A model generated the notes under the pieces. It was not told the origin of the DNA, did no database searches, and was given only the letters and a program-made list of their open reading frames with translations. A program made the position numbers and the translations under genes. This document shows positions 11,844 through 22,765 of a stretch of DNA of 64,000 nucleotides, one piece after another. Source of the DNA: Pinctada imbricata (taxonomy: Eukaryota). The DNA is taken from contig VSWD01000002.1 in the NCBI GenBank assembly GCA_033119305.1, positions 9,274,974 to 9,338,973 of the forward strand, written 5' to 3'. Positions within the stretch are counted from its first letter, which is position 1. Each line of letters starts with the position of its first letter.

Positions 11844-14800
11844 TGGTCCATGCTGCAATTTTTTCTGGTTTTAATGTGTCCGATGTACAATAGGGCATTT
11901 TTCCATGCCTGGTAAGGTGCTATAAACTATATATTTTCTGAAAGGTTATAATGCCCACTGCTCAAAAATAATAATTTTGGGGTCAGAAAAAAAGGGGAAA
12001 AACTGGTGAAGCATTAAAATTGTCTATATTCTCTATATAACCTATCCAAAATGACAAAGTTGTACAAGAATTTTCCCCCTTTGATTTTTAAGACCCGGGA
12101 GTCTTATATCTGTACTCAGGGCATCATTACCTTTCAGAAAATATATAGTTTATAGTACCTTACCAGACATAAAATTTACAATTCTTTACAATGGAGATGA
12201 TTAAAACGCTATGTAAAATGACTCTATTGTACAACGGATACCTTAAATGAAGCTATTGAATTTGAAGACGTTTAACAATCGTAAACATATGGAGGGGATC
12301 TCCAACAACACTCGGTTGCAGCACCCACAGCAGTATTCCAAAACACCCGATGCAAAAACACAGAGCAGATACCTAAGAAAGGGATGCAAAATCGACAAGG
12401 AACACTAACTCACTTCCTATGTAGAAACATGAAACACCAAAGATCACAAATAAACCAACTAGACCAACTCACGCCAAAGAAACATGGAACACAAAAGACC
12501 ACACACAAACAAACGAGACCAAGGGGCAACCGATGCCGACTTAGGAAGGTCATTTGCCACGCAAGAAGCAGACAGTCTGGTTATCTGGATTACGTGCGCA
12601 CAACCCTTTCACTTTTCCGATTACCCAGAGGTCTCGAAGAACACACAATTCTGGTGAAAATAACCTCCTAACAGTAAAATGCAGCATGACACAGAGGCCC
12701 AAGAAACACACAGATGGAGATGTAAATGGATATAAAAAAACAGAAGGCGTGTGTGAGCAATAAGTCCACAACACTGGATACCTGACGAAGAAAGTGTTTA
12801 AAATATCCATAATTTAAAAAAAAAAAAAAAACAAAAAACGGTTACCTATGAGATATAAAGGATCTTAATGACATGCTTTCAGTTAAGTTAAAACACAATG
12901 CTAGGGCTCCAATTCAGGAGTCTGAAACATGTCCTTGGCAAACATGTTTGTATACACACATCAGCTCCAAAAATATAAGCGTCCTGCAAGTTTAAGAAAC
13001 ATTTCGTGAATAAGTACTCGAAACGTGCATGTCTGGTCCATGCTGAAAATTGATCTGTTCTTAAATGATGCTATTGAATTTGAAGACGTTTTACATTGGT
13101 TGCTGAGAAATCAAATCTTTTTAGCCAATCAGAGCCTTTTGCGGAAAATTTTGTAAATAGATGGCTTCGAAGAAAGGAGGGGATCTCCAATACCACTCGG
13201 TCGCAACACCCACAGCAACCCCCCCCCCCCCAAAAAAAAAAAACCAATGCAAAAACACAGAACGGACACCCACAGAGAGAGAGACACAAAAGGGACAAGG
13301 AACACCAACTCACACCATGGAAACATGAATCACAAAAGACCACATATAAACCAAAGATTTGATGCATTTCTGGTCCATGCTGCCAATTTATCTGTTCTTA
13401 AATGATGCTATTCAATTTGAAGACGTTTAACATATAAAACCAGCGAGACCAACTCGAGCCATAGAAACATTAAACACAAAAATCCACACATAAACCAACG
13501 AGACCAATGGGCAACCGTTGTTGACTTAGGACAGCCATCTGCCACGCAAACAGCAGATGGTGTGGCTGTCGAAAACACAAAGTTGATAGATGATATTTAT
13601 GAGTTCTTGTACATTGTTAGAACTCTGAAATCATCAAATCGTGGAGGGTTGGTCAGGTTTGTTGATTGATCGGTACGAAAATCACAAAATTTAAAGAAAG
13701 CCTTGAGTACTAGTTATTCCATGCTGTAGCGATTGTGAAATTTAATGCTCCGCTTTTGGAGAAATCGAAAATATGTCAGTCCTATAAAAACTAATAAGAA
13801 CCCTAGGCAAAAATGTTTGTTGACGGACTGGCCTGGAAGAAAAACAACTAGATATAGGACCTTCCACTGTGATTCCACTCGTTAGATTCCACACAATGTT
13901 GTCTGGCAGTTAAGGAGAAGATGTCTTATACAAATATGTGTTGTCAAAGTGATTTACCTCCATGTTTGACGGCACGAAGAACAGAACACTTGGTAGAGAA
14001 CATTTAGTTTTTGCTTCGTGTAAGATACATGTCATAGCTCTATCCTTAACAGACGCTACGGCATGCATTTATGTTATTTAGAATTCTGTTCTTCATATTT
14101 TCTCTAGTTGGAGTTTTTTCTTATAATTCCTCTAGCATTGCTGATGATACGCGGTTTGTTGAATTGCGCATATTTTACTTTGCATAGTGTTCTGACTGTC
14201 TGGTGCAATCCTGGGCCATGATTCCATAGGTAATGATAATGGCAGCTAGCCAACAGGGGTTGCTTACTCCTCCCGGGCACCTGGTTCCACCTCTAGTTTG
14301 GTGCTCTATTGTGAGTGTTGTCGAGAATATCGTCAGGATCTTCTCTAACGCACTTGTGTCACACTTATGTTCTTTGCCGTGTAGAGCTCGTAAAAAAGTT
14401 CTCCGCGAGGGGTTTGACAGTAAGTGTTTTGAGTAGTTTCCCTAACATGGTCGCCATAGCACTTCCTATATAGACATAACCTCAGACAGTGCATGTATTG
14501 TTATATATTGTTTTCATTGTCGTGCATGAACATCGACGGCGGGTGCGGCTAGCCAACAGGGGATGCTTACTCCTTCCGGGCATCTGGTCCCACCTCTAGA
14601 CTCATTTGAAGACGTTTAACATTGCTAGAGGTCCGGAGTTGCTCCAGGAGTTATCAGGATCTTATTTAACTCATTCGTATCACACCATTGCCGGACATGA
14701 ACCACCATTACATTCAGCGAGTTACTTTATTTACTCTGTACTGTCCTTTCTCCACCCATGGGTAAACCGGGTATCTGGCATATTAGACGAACATGCATGT

Positions 14801-15027
14801 GTATGCTGAGCACTAACGCATAAACGGCATCTCTAATTGTATCGATGCTCCGAATGGAGTTGAGAATGCACTGGACTGGTTTCTTCTTTTTACTGTTCTC
14901 AAAATTTTCTCGAAATTCTGAAAATTGGGTCCTGTAGCATCATATCCAGCCCATCCTGCTACGTTATTCGGTATTTTATGATATAACATAATCTTTGACT
15001 ATATTACATTGTTTAGATTGAGGATCA

Positions 15028-15063
15028 CTGACGAGGGTTAAGTACCCGAAACGTAAATGTCTG
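15028..15063 (+). ncRNA. Type-I hammerhead ribozyme motif (CUGACGAG GGUUAAGUACCC GAAAC GUAAAUGUC)
   Basis: Core conserved, helix III variant; lies in an approximately 350-bp tandem unit. Confidence 0.55.
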
Positions 15064-15587
15064 GTCCATGCTGCAAATTTGTCTGTTCTTAAATGATTCT
15101 ATGAATGAATTCGAAGACGTTTAAAAATTGAAAAGGTCTCGCCAGGGAGGTGATGATAGAGGCCGCGTGAGGTACAGGCAATGCAAGACTATATAAACCC
15201 TTACCTTTACCATGATGGTAATTGCAATATAACTCCTGTCTATTTCCACTTAACCTTTTTTTATTTTATTTTATTTTTATTTTTATTTTTTGTGAAATGA
15301 CACTGATGTCATAACCACAAATATCATTTTAGAAAGAGTGGACACGATATCATACCTGTATGATTAAAGTAATGAATAGAAGCGGAAGATTTGAATCCCA
15401 CGTTCTTAATCAGTTGTAACTTATTCAAGTTTTTTTTTTCATTTCATTTTTATCTGCTGATGAAGTCTCTTTCGTTTGCTGAACCCTGGTTTTTATCTTT
15501 AATTCTCTTGACTTCATTGTGTCTCGTTTTTATAATAAACGTGCATCTTGAAAACTGATTATATAATATTGTTTAGATTTAGGATCA

Positions 15588-15621
15588 CTGACGAGGGTTA
15601 AGTACTCGAAACGTGCATGTC
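15588..15621 (+). ncRNA. Type-I hammerhead ribozyme motif (CUGACGAG GGUUAAGUACUC GAAAC GUGCAUGUC)
   Basis: Complete conserved core with predicted cleavage after GUC at 15621. Helix I can form between GGAUCA upstream and UGGUAU/UGGUCC downstream. Confidence 0.7.
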
Positions 15622-15935
15622 TGGTATATGCTGCAAATTTATCTGATCTTAAATTATGCTTTTGAATTTGAAGACGTTTATTTTGTACTACTTGATGAGT
15701 GTCACTGCTGGTGGACCAGGAGTCCCCGAGGGCACATGTAGCCAAGTTCGATAAACTTCGGTTGCTTATCTGTCTCTTCAACTCATTTGAAATTTTCTGT
15801 TACAAAATATCTTGAAATTTCTCAAACGTGGGTCCTGTAGCATCATATCCCATCCATCCTACTACGTCTTTCGGAACATTTTGGACGTAATTTTCACACT
15901 TTTTGGTCATATATCATTCTTTAGATTTAGGATCA

Positions 15936-15969
15936 CTGATGAGGGTTAAGTACCCGAAACGTGCATGTC
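15936..15969 (+). ncRNA. Type-I hammerhead ribozyme motif with canonical CUGAUGAG (CUGAUGAG GGUUAAGUACCC GAAAC GUGCAUGUC)
   Basis: Canonical core. It lies 348 bp downstream of the previous copy in the same orientation, a tandem arrangement compatible with the dimeric Penelope/retrozyme-type HHRs described in metazoans. Confidence 0.75.
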
Positions 15970-16339
15970 TGGTCCATGCTGCAAATTGATCTGATCTTAA
16001 ATGATGCTTTTGAATTTGAAGACTTTAACATTTGTACTACTTGTTGGGTGTCACTGCTGGTAGACCAGGGGTCCCCGAGGGCACATGTAGCCAACTTCGA
16101 TCAACTTCGGTAGATCGTCATTTGAAATTTTCTGTTACAAAATATCTTGAAATTTCTCAAATGTGGGTCCTGTAGCATCATATCCCACCCATTCTACTAC
16201 GTCTTTCAGTACATTTTTGGACGCAATTTTCACACTTTTTTGTCATACCGGTATATCAATGACGCTATAACAGGCTAAATGTGCGAAGTGCATGCAAATG
16301 AAAATGCCAGATATTTAGAATAAATGTAAATATAAGTAA

Positions 16340-16483
16340 TGACTGTCTTACTTTTGGTGTTCATGGGTGTATAATTCAGGTTTGACATGTGCAAATTTTC
16401 CGAGAATCGCTTCGCGATTTACGGAATTTGCACGTGACCAACCAGAATTATAAACCCATGAACACCAAAAGTAAGACAGTCAT
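16340..16483. repeat. Near-perfect 38-bp inverted repeat (aatgactgtcttacttttggtgttcatgggt(g)tataattc / gaattataaacccatgaacaccaaaagtaagacagtcatt; one unpaired g in the left arm) with a 62-bp spacer that is itself palindromic; MITE or hairpin-RNA candidate
   Basis: Arms read directly. The spacer tgcaaattttccgagaatcgcttcgcgatttacggaatttgca is a nested palindrome. Confidence 0.7.
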
Positions 16484-17379
16484 TTCTTAATTAACCGGAT
16501 AAGCCTTTTGATTAATTATCGATTATAATCATACTCTTGTATTATACTGCAAAACTGTGAGATATTTCAAGATTTGTCAACAAGTTACGTAACATTGCCA
16601 CGACCACAAATTTAATTGAAACTCAGTAAAATGTTTCATTCCAGTACGCATACTGATCCGAATCAATGAAACCAGCCGACTGAAACAAATCATGAACTGC
16701 TTCTCTGTCAAAACTATGGATTTTCTGATAAATATATCATTCTTAAAAAGTTTTGAATTTTACGATTATAATCGATTTTGAATATTTTAATCGATTGTCG
16801 TAATCGGAAGGGTCTGGTGACGATGTCGGCGATAATCGGCACAACACTAGCAATTTTAGTGTGTATGTACGCAATCGATTATAATAATCCCTCTTTTTTT
16901 TCCTTTACTGTGAAGAAGATTTCAACCATACGAACGATAACTCTTACGTCTTTCGGTTAAGATATTACTTAGATCTGAATGCACAAAGTTTGAAAAGGAA
17001 ATTAATCTGGTTTCCAATCCCTTTGTTATTATTTTAATTCAATATAGATTAAGAATAGGGAAATGAAATTGAATGAAAGATAAAAAAAAGCCCTGATTAT
17101 GAAATGTAATATCATTTTCCCGGAAGCATATTTTACTTACGAAGTTAATATTGGATTAGGGGCGTTCTTGACAATAGAAGAATGAAAAAACAAAAATAAT
17201 GTAATATCCAATATGCTGTATTATCAGATTCAAAATGCTACGTTTTGCTTAGTGAAACGTTTAGCTAGCGTACTGAAAGGATTTCGTTTCGATAAGTACA
17301 ATTCTTATATTCAAAAGTAAAGTTTTCATATAAAAAAAATTTTGATAATTCCCAGTCTTATAATATCGTGGCTTTCCAT

Positions 17380-17545
17380 ATATGAGGGGTGGACAGGGTG
17401 AAAGGGAGGGAAGGGGGCGGGAGGCTGGGGGTGACGGAAGGGATGTGAGGAGGATGGGGAGGGAAGGTTGAAAGGGAGGAGGATCAGGAAGGGGCGGGAG
17501 GGGATGGAAGGGGAGAAAGGAATCCCCTGCCCCCCCCCCCCCCCC
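17380..17545. repeat. Purine-rich GGGA/GGAG low-complexity tract followed by an 18-nt poly-C run
   Basis: Visible composition skew. The proline-rich ORFs here (17261-17718, minus) are artefacts of the tract. Confidence 0.85.
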
Positions 17546-17899
17546 CCCTTTATATACATGTATATATATATACATGTATATATATTACTTTCACGGATGA
17601 CCCGTAGTAATTCAAAATATCCCACTCGTGCATAGTTCTTTAATTCCATGGATCTTGATATATACATTGAAATAAGGCATTTTTTAAGAACAGGGCCATG
17701 TTTTGGCATACATTTCACAATGTACCCTGCTTTAGTACTAATTTAAAGTAACTTCTGGTAACAAGACCTTTCTAAATAGAATGTCAAACGTCTTTAAATT
17801 CGATAGCATAATTTAAGAACAGCTAAAGCATTTTCCGGAACAAAAAAGACCTCCTATTGATTTAGCGTATATTTAGAGACATATTTGGAATAAGTCCTT

Positions 17900-19610
17900 C
17901 TTTGGTTTACTTTTTGATTATTTTTGGAACAAGGTTCTGCTTTTGGTATAAATTCAAGTCATTATTGGAACAAGGTCTTGCTTCGGCATACCGTATATTG
18001 CAAGTCATTACTGGAACAAGGTCCTGCTTCGGCATACATTTCAAGTTGTTTGTGGAACAAGGCCTTGCATTTGGGCTTTTGGTATACATTAAAAATAAGT
18101 TTTGGAACAACATCCTGCCCTGACATACATTTCAAGTCATTATTGGACCAAAGCCATGCTTCGGCATGCATTGCAAGTCATTTTGGAACAAATCTTTGCT
18201 TTGGCATTCATTTCAAGTTATTTTGGAATAAAGGCCCTGCTTCGGCATACTTTGCAAGTCATTTTGGAAAAAAATCCAATGGCATGCTTTGGTATACATT
18301 TCAAGTTATTTTTGGAACAAGGCCCTGCTTCGGCATACATGTCAAGTCATTATTTGAACAAGGCCATGCTTCGGCATACATTGCAAGTCATTTTGGAACA
18401 AGGTCCTTTTTTCGGCATACATTGCAAGTTATTTGTGGAACAAGGCCTAGCTTTTGGTATACATTAAAAATCAGTTTTTTAACAACGTCCTGCTCTGGTA
18501 TACATTATAATTAAGTCATTATTGGAACAAGGCCCTGTTTCGGCATACAGTATATTGCAAGTCATTATTAGAACAAGGCCCTGTTTCGGCATACAGTATA
18601 TTGCAAGTCATTATTGGAACAAGGCCCTGTTTCGGCATACAGTATATTGCAAGTCATTATTGGAACAAGGCCCTGTTTCGGCATACAGTATATTGCAAGT
18701 CATTATTGGAACAAGGTCCTGTTTCGGCATACAGTATATTGCAAGTCATTATTGGAACAAGGCCCTGCTTCGGCATACCGTATATCTGAAGTCATTATTG
18801 GAACAAGGCCCTGCTTCGGTATACCGTATATTGCAAGTCATTATTGGAACAAGGCCCTACTTCGGCATACCGTATATCTCAAGTCATTATTGGAACAAGG
18901 CCTTGCTTCGGTACCGTATATTCCAAGTCATTATTGGAACAAGGTCCTGCTTCAGCATACCGTATATTGCAAGTCATTATTGGAACAAGGTCCTGCTTCG
19001 GTACCGTATATTGCAAGTCATTATTGGAACAAGGCCTTACTTCGGCATACATTATATTGCAAGTCATTATTGGAACAAGGCCCTGCTTCGGTATACCGTA
19101 TATTGCAAGTCATTATTGGAACAAGGCCCTACTTCGGCATACCGTATATTGCAAGTCATTATTAGAACAAGGCCCTACTTCGGCATACCGTATATCTCAA
19201 GTCATTATTGGAACAAGGTCCTGCTTCGGTACCGTATATTGCAAGTCATTATTGGAACAAGGCCCTGCTTCGGCATACAGTATATTGCAAGTCATTATTG
19301 TAACAAGGCCCTGCTTCGGCATACAGTATATTGCAAGACATTATTGGAACAAGGCCCTGCTTAGGTATACAGTATATTGCAAGTCATTATTGGAACAAGG
19401 CCCTGCTTCGGCATACCGTATATTCCAAGTCATTATTGGAACAAGGCCCTACTTCGGCATACCGTATATTACAAGTCATTATTGTGTCCTATGACACATT
19501 GGAACAAGGCTCTGTTTCGGCAAATACTGCAAGCCATTTTGTAACAAGGTCCTGCTTCGGCATATATTGCAAGTCATTATTGGAACAATTAAGTCACTTC
19601 TTAGTATAAA
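17900..19610. repeat. Satellite, about 46-bp unit (gcaagtcattattggaacaaggccctgcttcggcataccgtatatt) x about 36, 1.7 kb
   Basis: Regular period with point variants and some 9-bp deletions. Long + strand ORFs (18522-19494 etc.) are periodic-repeat artefacts. Confidence 0.92.
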
Positions 19611-22600
19611 TTACAATTAAGGAATTTAGTTTGCATAGCTTTTTGGTATATTTGAAATCATTTTTGAACAAAATAAGTAGGTTAAAATGTATAGACAAAT
19701 TTTCTATCGAAAATGCGTCAGAATCATCAAAAGTCTTTTATACCGTGGATACCCTTCGTTTGTTTTAAACATTTCAAACCATATTTGGAACGAAACCGTC
19801 AAAAGCACTTTTTTTCAACGTCATGGATTTTACTTAGTTTTTCTTCAAATAAATACTGCTTATATCTCTAACGCGGACAAGGACGCATATATAAACAAAT
19901 AATCAGGGAGCGGGCAAAGTATCAGACATCACCGAATGTTCCGGGTACATAATGCCACCTCCCCCACCCCACCCTTTATTTTTCGGTTTTTCTTGTTACA
20001 TCTTTGTTTCGTTTTCGACGATTCGTGATTGATTTTTGTTTTCTTTAACGATCCGTTAGATAATTCTATGCCAACTTATCTGTTCACCATTGACCACGAT
20101 TTGCATCTTGGTTGCTTTATCTCCACAAGCGCGGATCCAGAGGGGGTGGAGTGGACGGGGGTGGGGTCAGAACCTTCTCCTGGAATTTACCACATATCCT
20201 TATTTTTACCATTCTTACTAATATTTTCTTCTTTTCAAAGTCATTTTGACTGGACCCTCAAGACGGGCTAGACCCCCCCTCCCCTTTCTGAAAAAAAATC
20301 TAGATCCGCACATACTCGCTCGAATAGAAGATAGAGGGTCAATATTTACATAGAGTGATAAGCCATGACCGCAGGTTGTCTATTACTACTACATTACTAT
20401 AATGTCATGAATTTTAAATAATGAAATGTATTCCGTATATAGACATGGTTTATTTTTTTCTGAATAAAGAACACGCGCGTGGATCTAGTTTCTTCTTCAT
20501 TTTTCGGAGAGGGGTGAGCGGTGAGTCCGGTCATGGCATTGAGCTCAGACTACTGACTCTTATAAAATTATAATTATGCGGCAGTTATAGGACCCCCCTC
20601 CCTAGAATTTGCCAAAATAAATTATTTTTCAAAAGTTCTTAATTAAGGATAACTAAGGCGTGCATGGGTTAAATTTGATGGAGGGGGGGGGGGGCTAAAC
20701 AGAGGACTGAATTAGGATTTTTATAACCCATGCAGTTAGAGGAATAAAATGCGATTTGCATGTTTAATGTAGCATATCGTCTGTACTATTCTATTACACG
20801 AAGTCTTACAAAACGCCCATTTATCTATCATTAACTTGTTATTTGCATGTGATAAATAACTTAACATGTGAATGACACAGTCATAGATGCATCAATTAAA
20901 CTATCAGTTTTTCTTTTTTTGTGACAGTTTTTTTTCGAACGATTCCAGCGATTACATATGTTGAAAGAGTAAATAAACGATAATAATAAAAAAAACTCCC
21001 AGTGGGATGCGAAGTAATCTACAGGGGAGGGGTCAGGAGGTCAGATAACCACCTTGAGTTCGCCAAAATGCTGATTTTTCAGGTTTAAGCATATATTTCT
21101 TTACATGACTGTAGCTTGTAACCCCTGTGATGGACTGGTCGCGCCCTCTCCCTCCTGAAACTAAAATCTGGGTCCGCCCATGTACATGTTACTTATATTC
21201 TTCCTCTCATTCATATATATTTGTAATAGGATGGAGGAAGGAACTATAATATCTAGTAATTTTTAATTTTTACCGACTATACATGACAGATTCGCTCCTT
21301 CTAGGGAAAAAATAGATGAACACGTACTTCCTTTGAAATTTTCCGAAGAGTCTGATGGGGCATGGTGGGTGAAAGGGTGGAGTGTGGGTATCCCGAGAGG
21401 TTCATTCTGCGATTTTCAGAAGCATTCTGAAAAAAAGTACTTTTAAAAAATTCTGAGTGCTAATTAATACCCCCTTCTCCTTTCCAAATTTGCACATGTT
21501 GACATACAGTTTAAGTGATTATGTGCCATCACATCAAACCAATATATGCTGAACATACATCCGCGGTATCTATATAGATAGGCGTTTAGGTTCTGGACCC
21601 TCTGAAATTTCAATTCAGTGTATAAAACTAGCATTTTTCGGATCTATCATTGTGCTTTGGGCTTGACCCCGCCTCCCCTCCCCCCTCCTTTCCCTTCGAA
21701 AGAGATCTACAACTAGATCCGTACATTATGGTTTTTTTTTCTAATACAAGATTTCTAGCGCTCATTTATTTTGCTATTTATTGGTTAATATAGAATACAA
21801 AAAAATCTTTCGTAGATACATGTGTAGATCTAGTCAGGGTGGTCAACATTTTGAAATTTGTTAATATTGTCCGAGCTTATATAACAATTTTCTTAAATCA
21901 ATATGGAAGAGACCCCCTTTTTTTCTCTTTTCTTATATAAGTTGTCCATTCAATACATCATGTAGATTTGCGACATGTTCCCTGGGCATTTTCTCTTTTT
22001 TTTTCAGCTTATAGGGATCGGATGGTAGACTTGTTGTACTAATTGTCCGGTCATTTAAGGAATAAAATGACAAGATACGTCGCAAACTACACCGCATCTT
22101 ACCTGCTCAAACGCCTCGGGCGAACGCGAATGCAAATATGACACGTACATTTATAGAATGTCATTTTGGGCGAGAGTGAAAAGGAAAGGACGAATAGAGG
22201 ACGGCCGGTAAAAAGTCAAGAGTCTGTATTAAATTCTGAAGTGTCATCGAAACTGCTCTCAATATCGATTGATTGTATAACGATTTGATTTATGGTAATG
22301 TAAAGAAAATTAAATTCCAAGCTTTTCTATCGATTTTCCTTGCATTTATCAGATTGCTATACAGTGAAGTTTAGTTTAATATTCAATATAAAATGCATGT
22401 AAAAATAACTAATTTATTGAATTGTTAACATGATCAACTACATATAATGAAAAAGCACAATTTAATTTTTCTAAGACGGTGTGTATGAAATCAGTGAAAT
22501 ATGATAATTTTTCTTTTTTTGTATACATTTGGTTGAAATGATTCCTTCTAATTTCTTAATTCAAGTTTCACAATACCTAAAGCTTGTAGTTTTTTTTACC

Positions 22601-22663
22601 AAATAGTGGAAAATTTCTGTGTTCGTTTTTTGACTTTCCGATCCTAATTTTTATTAACAGGTC

Positions 22664-22694
22664 TGACGTCATTTCAATACGGACATTTCATTGG
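22664..22694 (+). promoter_or_regulatory. Candidate core promoter elements upstream of the ATPase start: palindromic CRE TGACGTCA at 22664-22671 and inverted CCAAT (ATTGG) at 22690-22694; no TATA box seen
   Basis: Motifs read directly from the sequence, about 40-70 bp upstream of the ATG at 22733. Function is inferred only from position. Confidence 0.3.
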
Positions 22695-22732
22695 CTGCTT
22701 GAGGATTAGATGTCCTTTCAGTGAGGACAGAG

Positions 22733-22765
22733 ATGGCGTCTACGAAGGTTAAACAACAACAACAG
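22733..22765 (+). CDS. ATP1A: Na+/K+-ATPase alpha subunit, putative coding exon 1 (MASTKVKQQQQ), ends at donor CAG|gtaaat
   Basis: ATG in good Kozak context (acagagATGG). The short ORF ends at a consensus GTAAAT donor in phase 0 and joins exon 2 in frame. Exon 2 has no in-frame ATG before the conserved RADSYR N-terminal motif, so an upstream coding exon is required. Alternative first exons cannot be excluded. Confidence 0.45.

Larger units (their letters stand above)
14880..16250 (+). mobile_element. Array of about 350-bp tandem units carrying hammerhead ribozymes (retrozyme-like / Penelope PLTR-like repeat), about 4 units; related partial units at 1800-2290, 11795-11870, 12990-13100, 13361-13440 and 14590-14625
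   Basis: Repeated blocks ending in ...tttgaatttgaagacgtttaacat, each containing the HHR core. Unit-to-unit spacing is about 348-355 bp. Confidence 0.7.

Noticed and set aside
17924-19609. Long + strand ORFs (up to 280 aa) with repeating EQGPASAY...VIIGTRPCFG peptides
   Set aside because: They are translation of the 46-bp satellite, with the same period in all frames. There is no start or stop context and no domain content.
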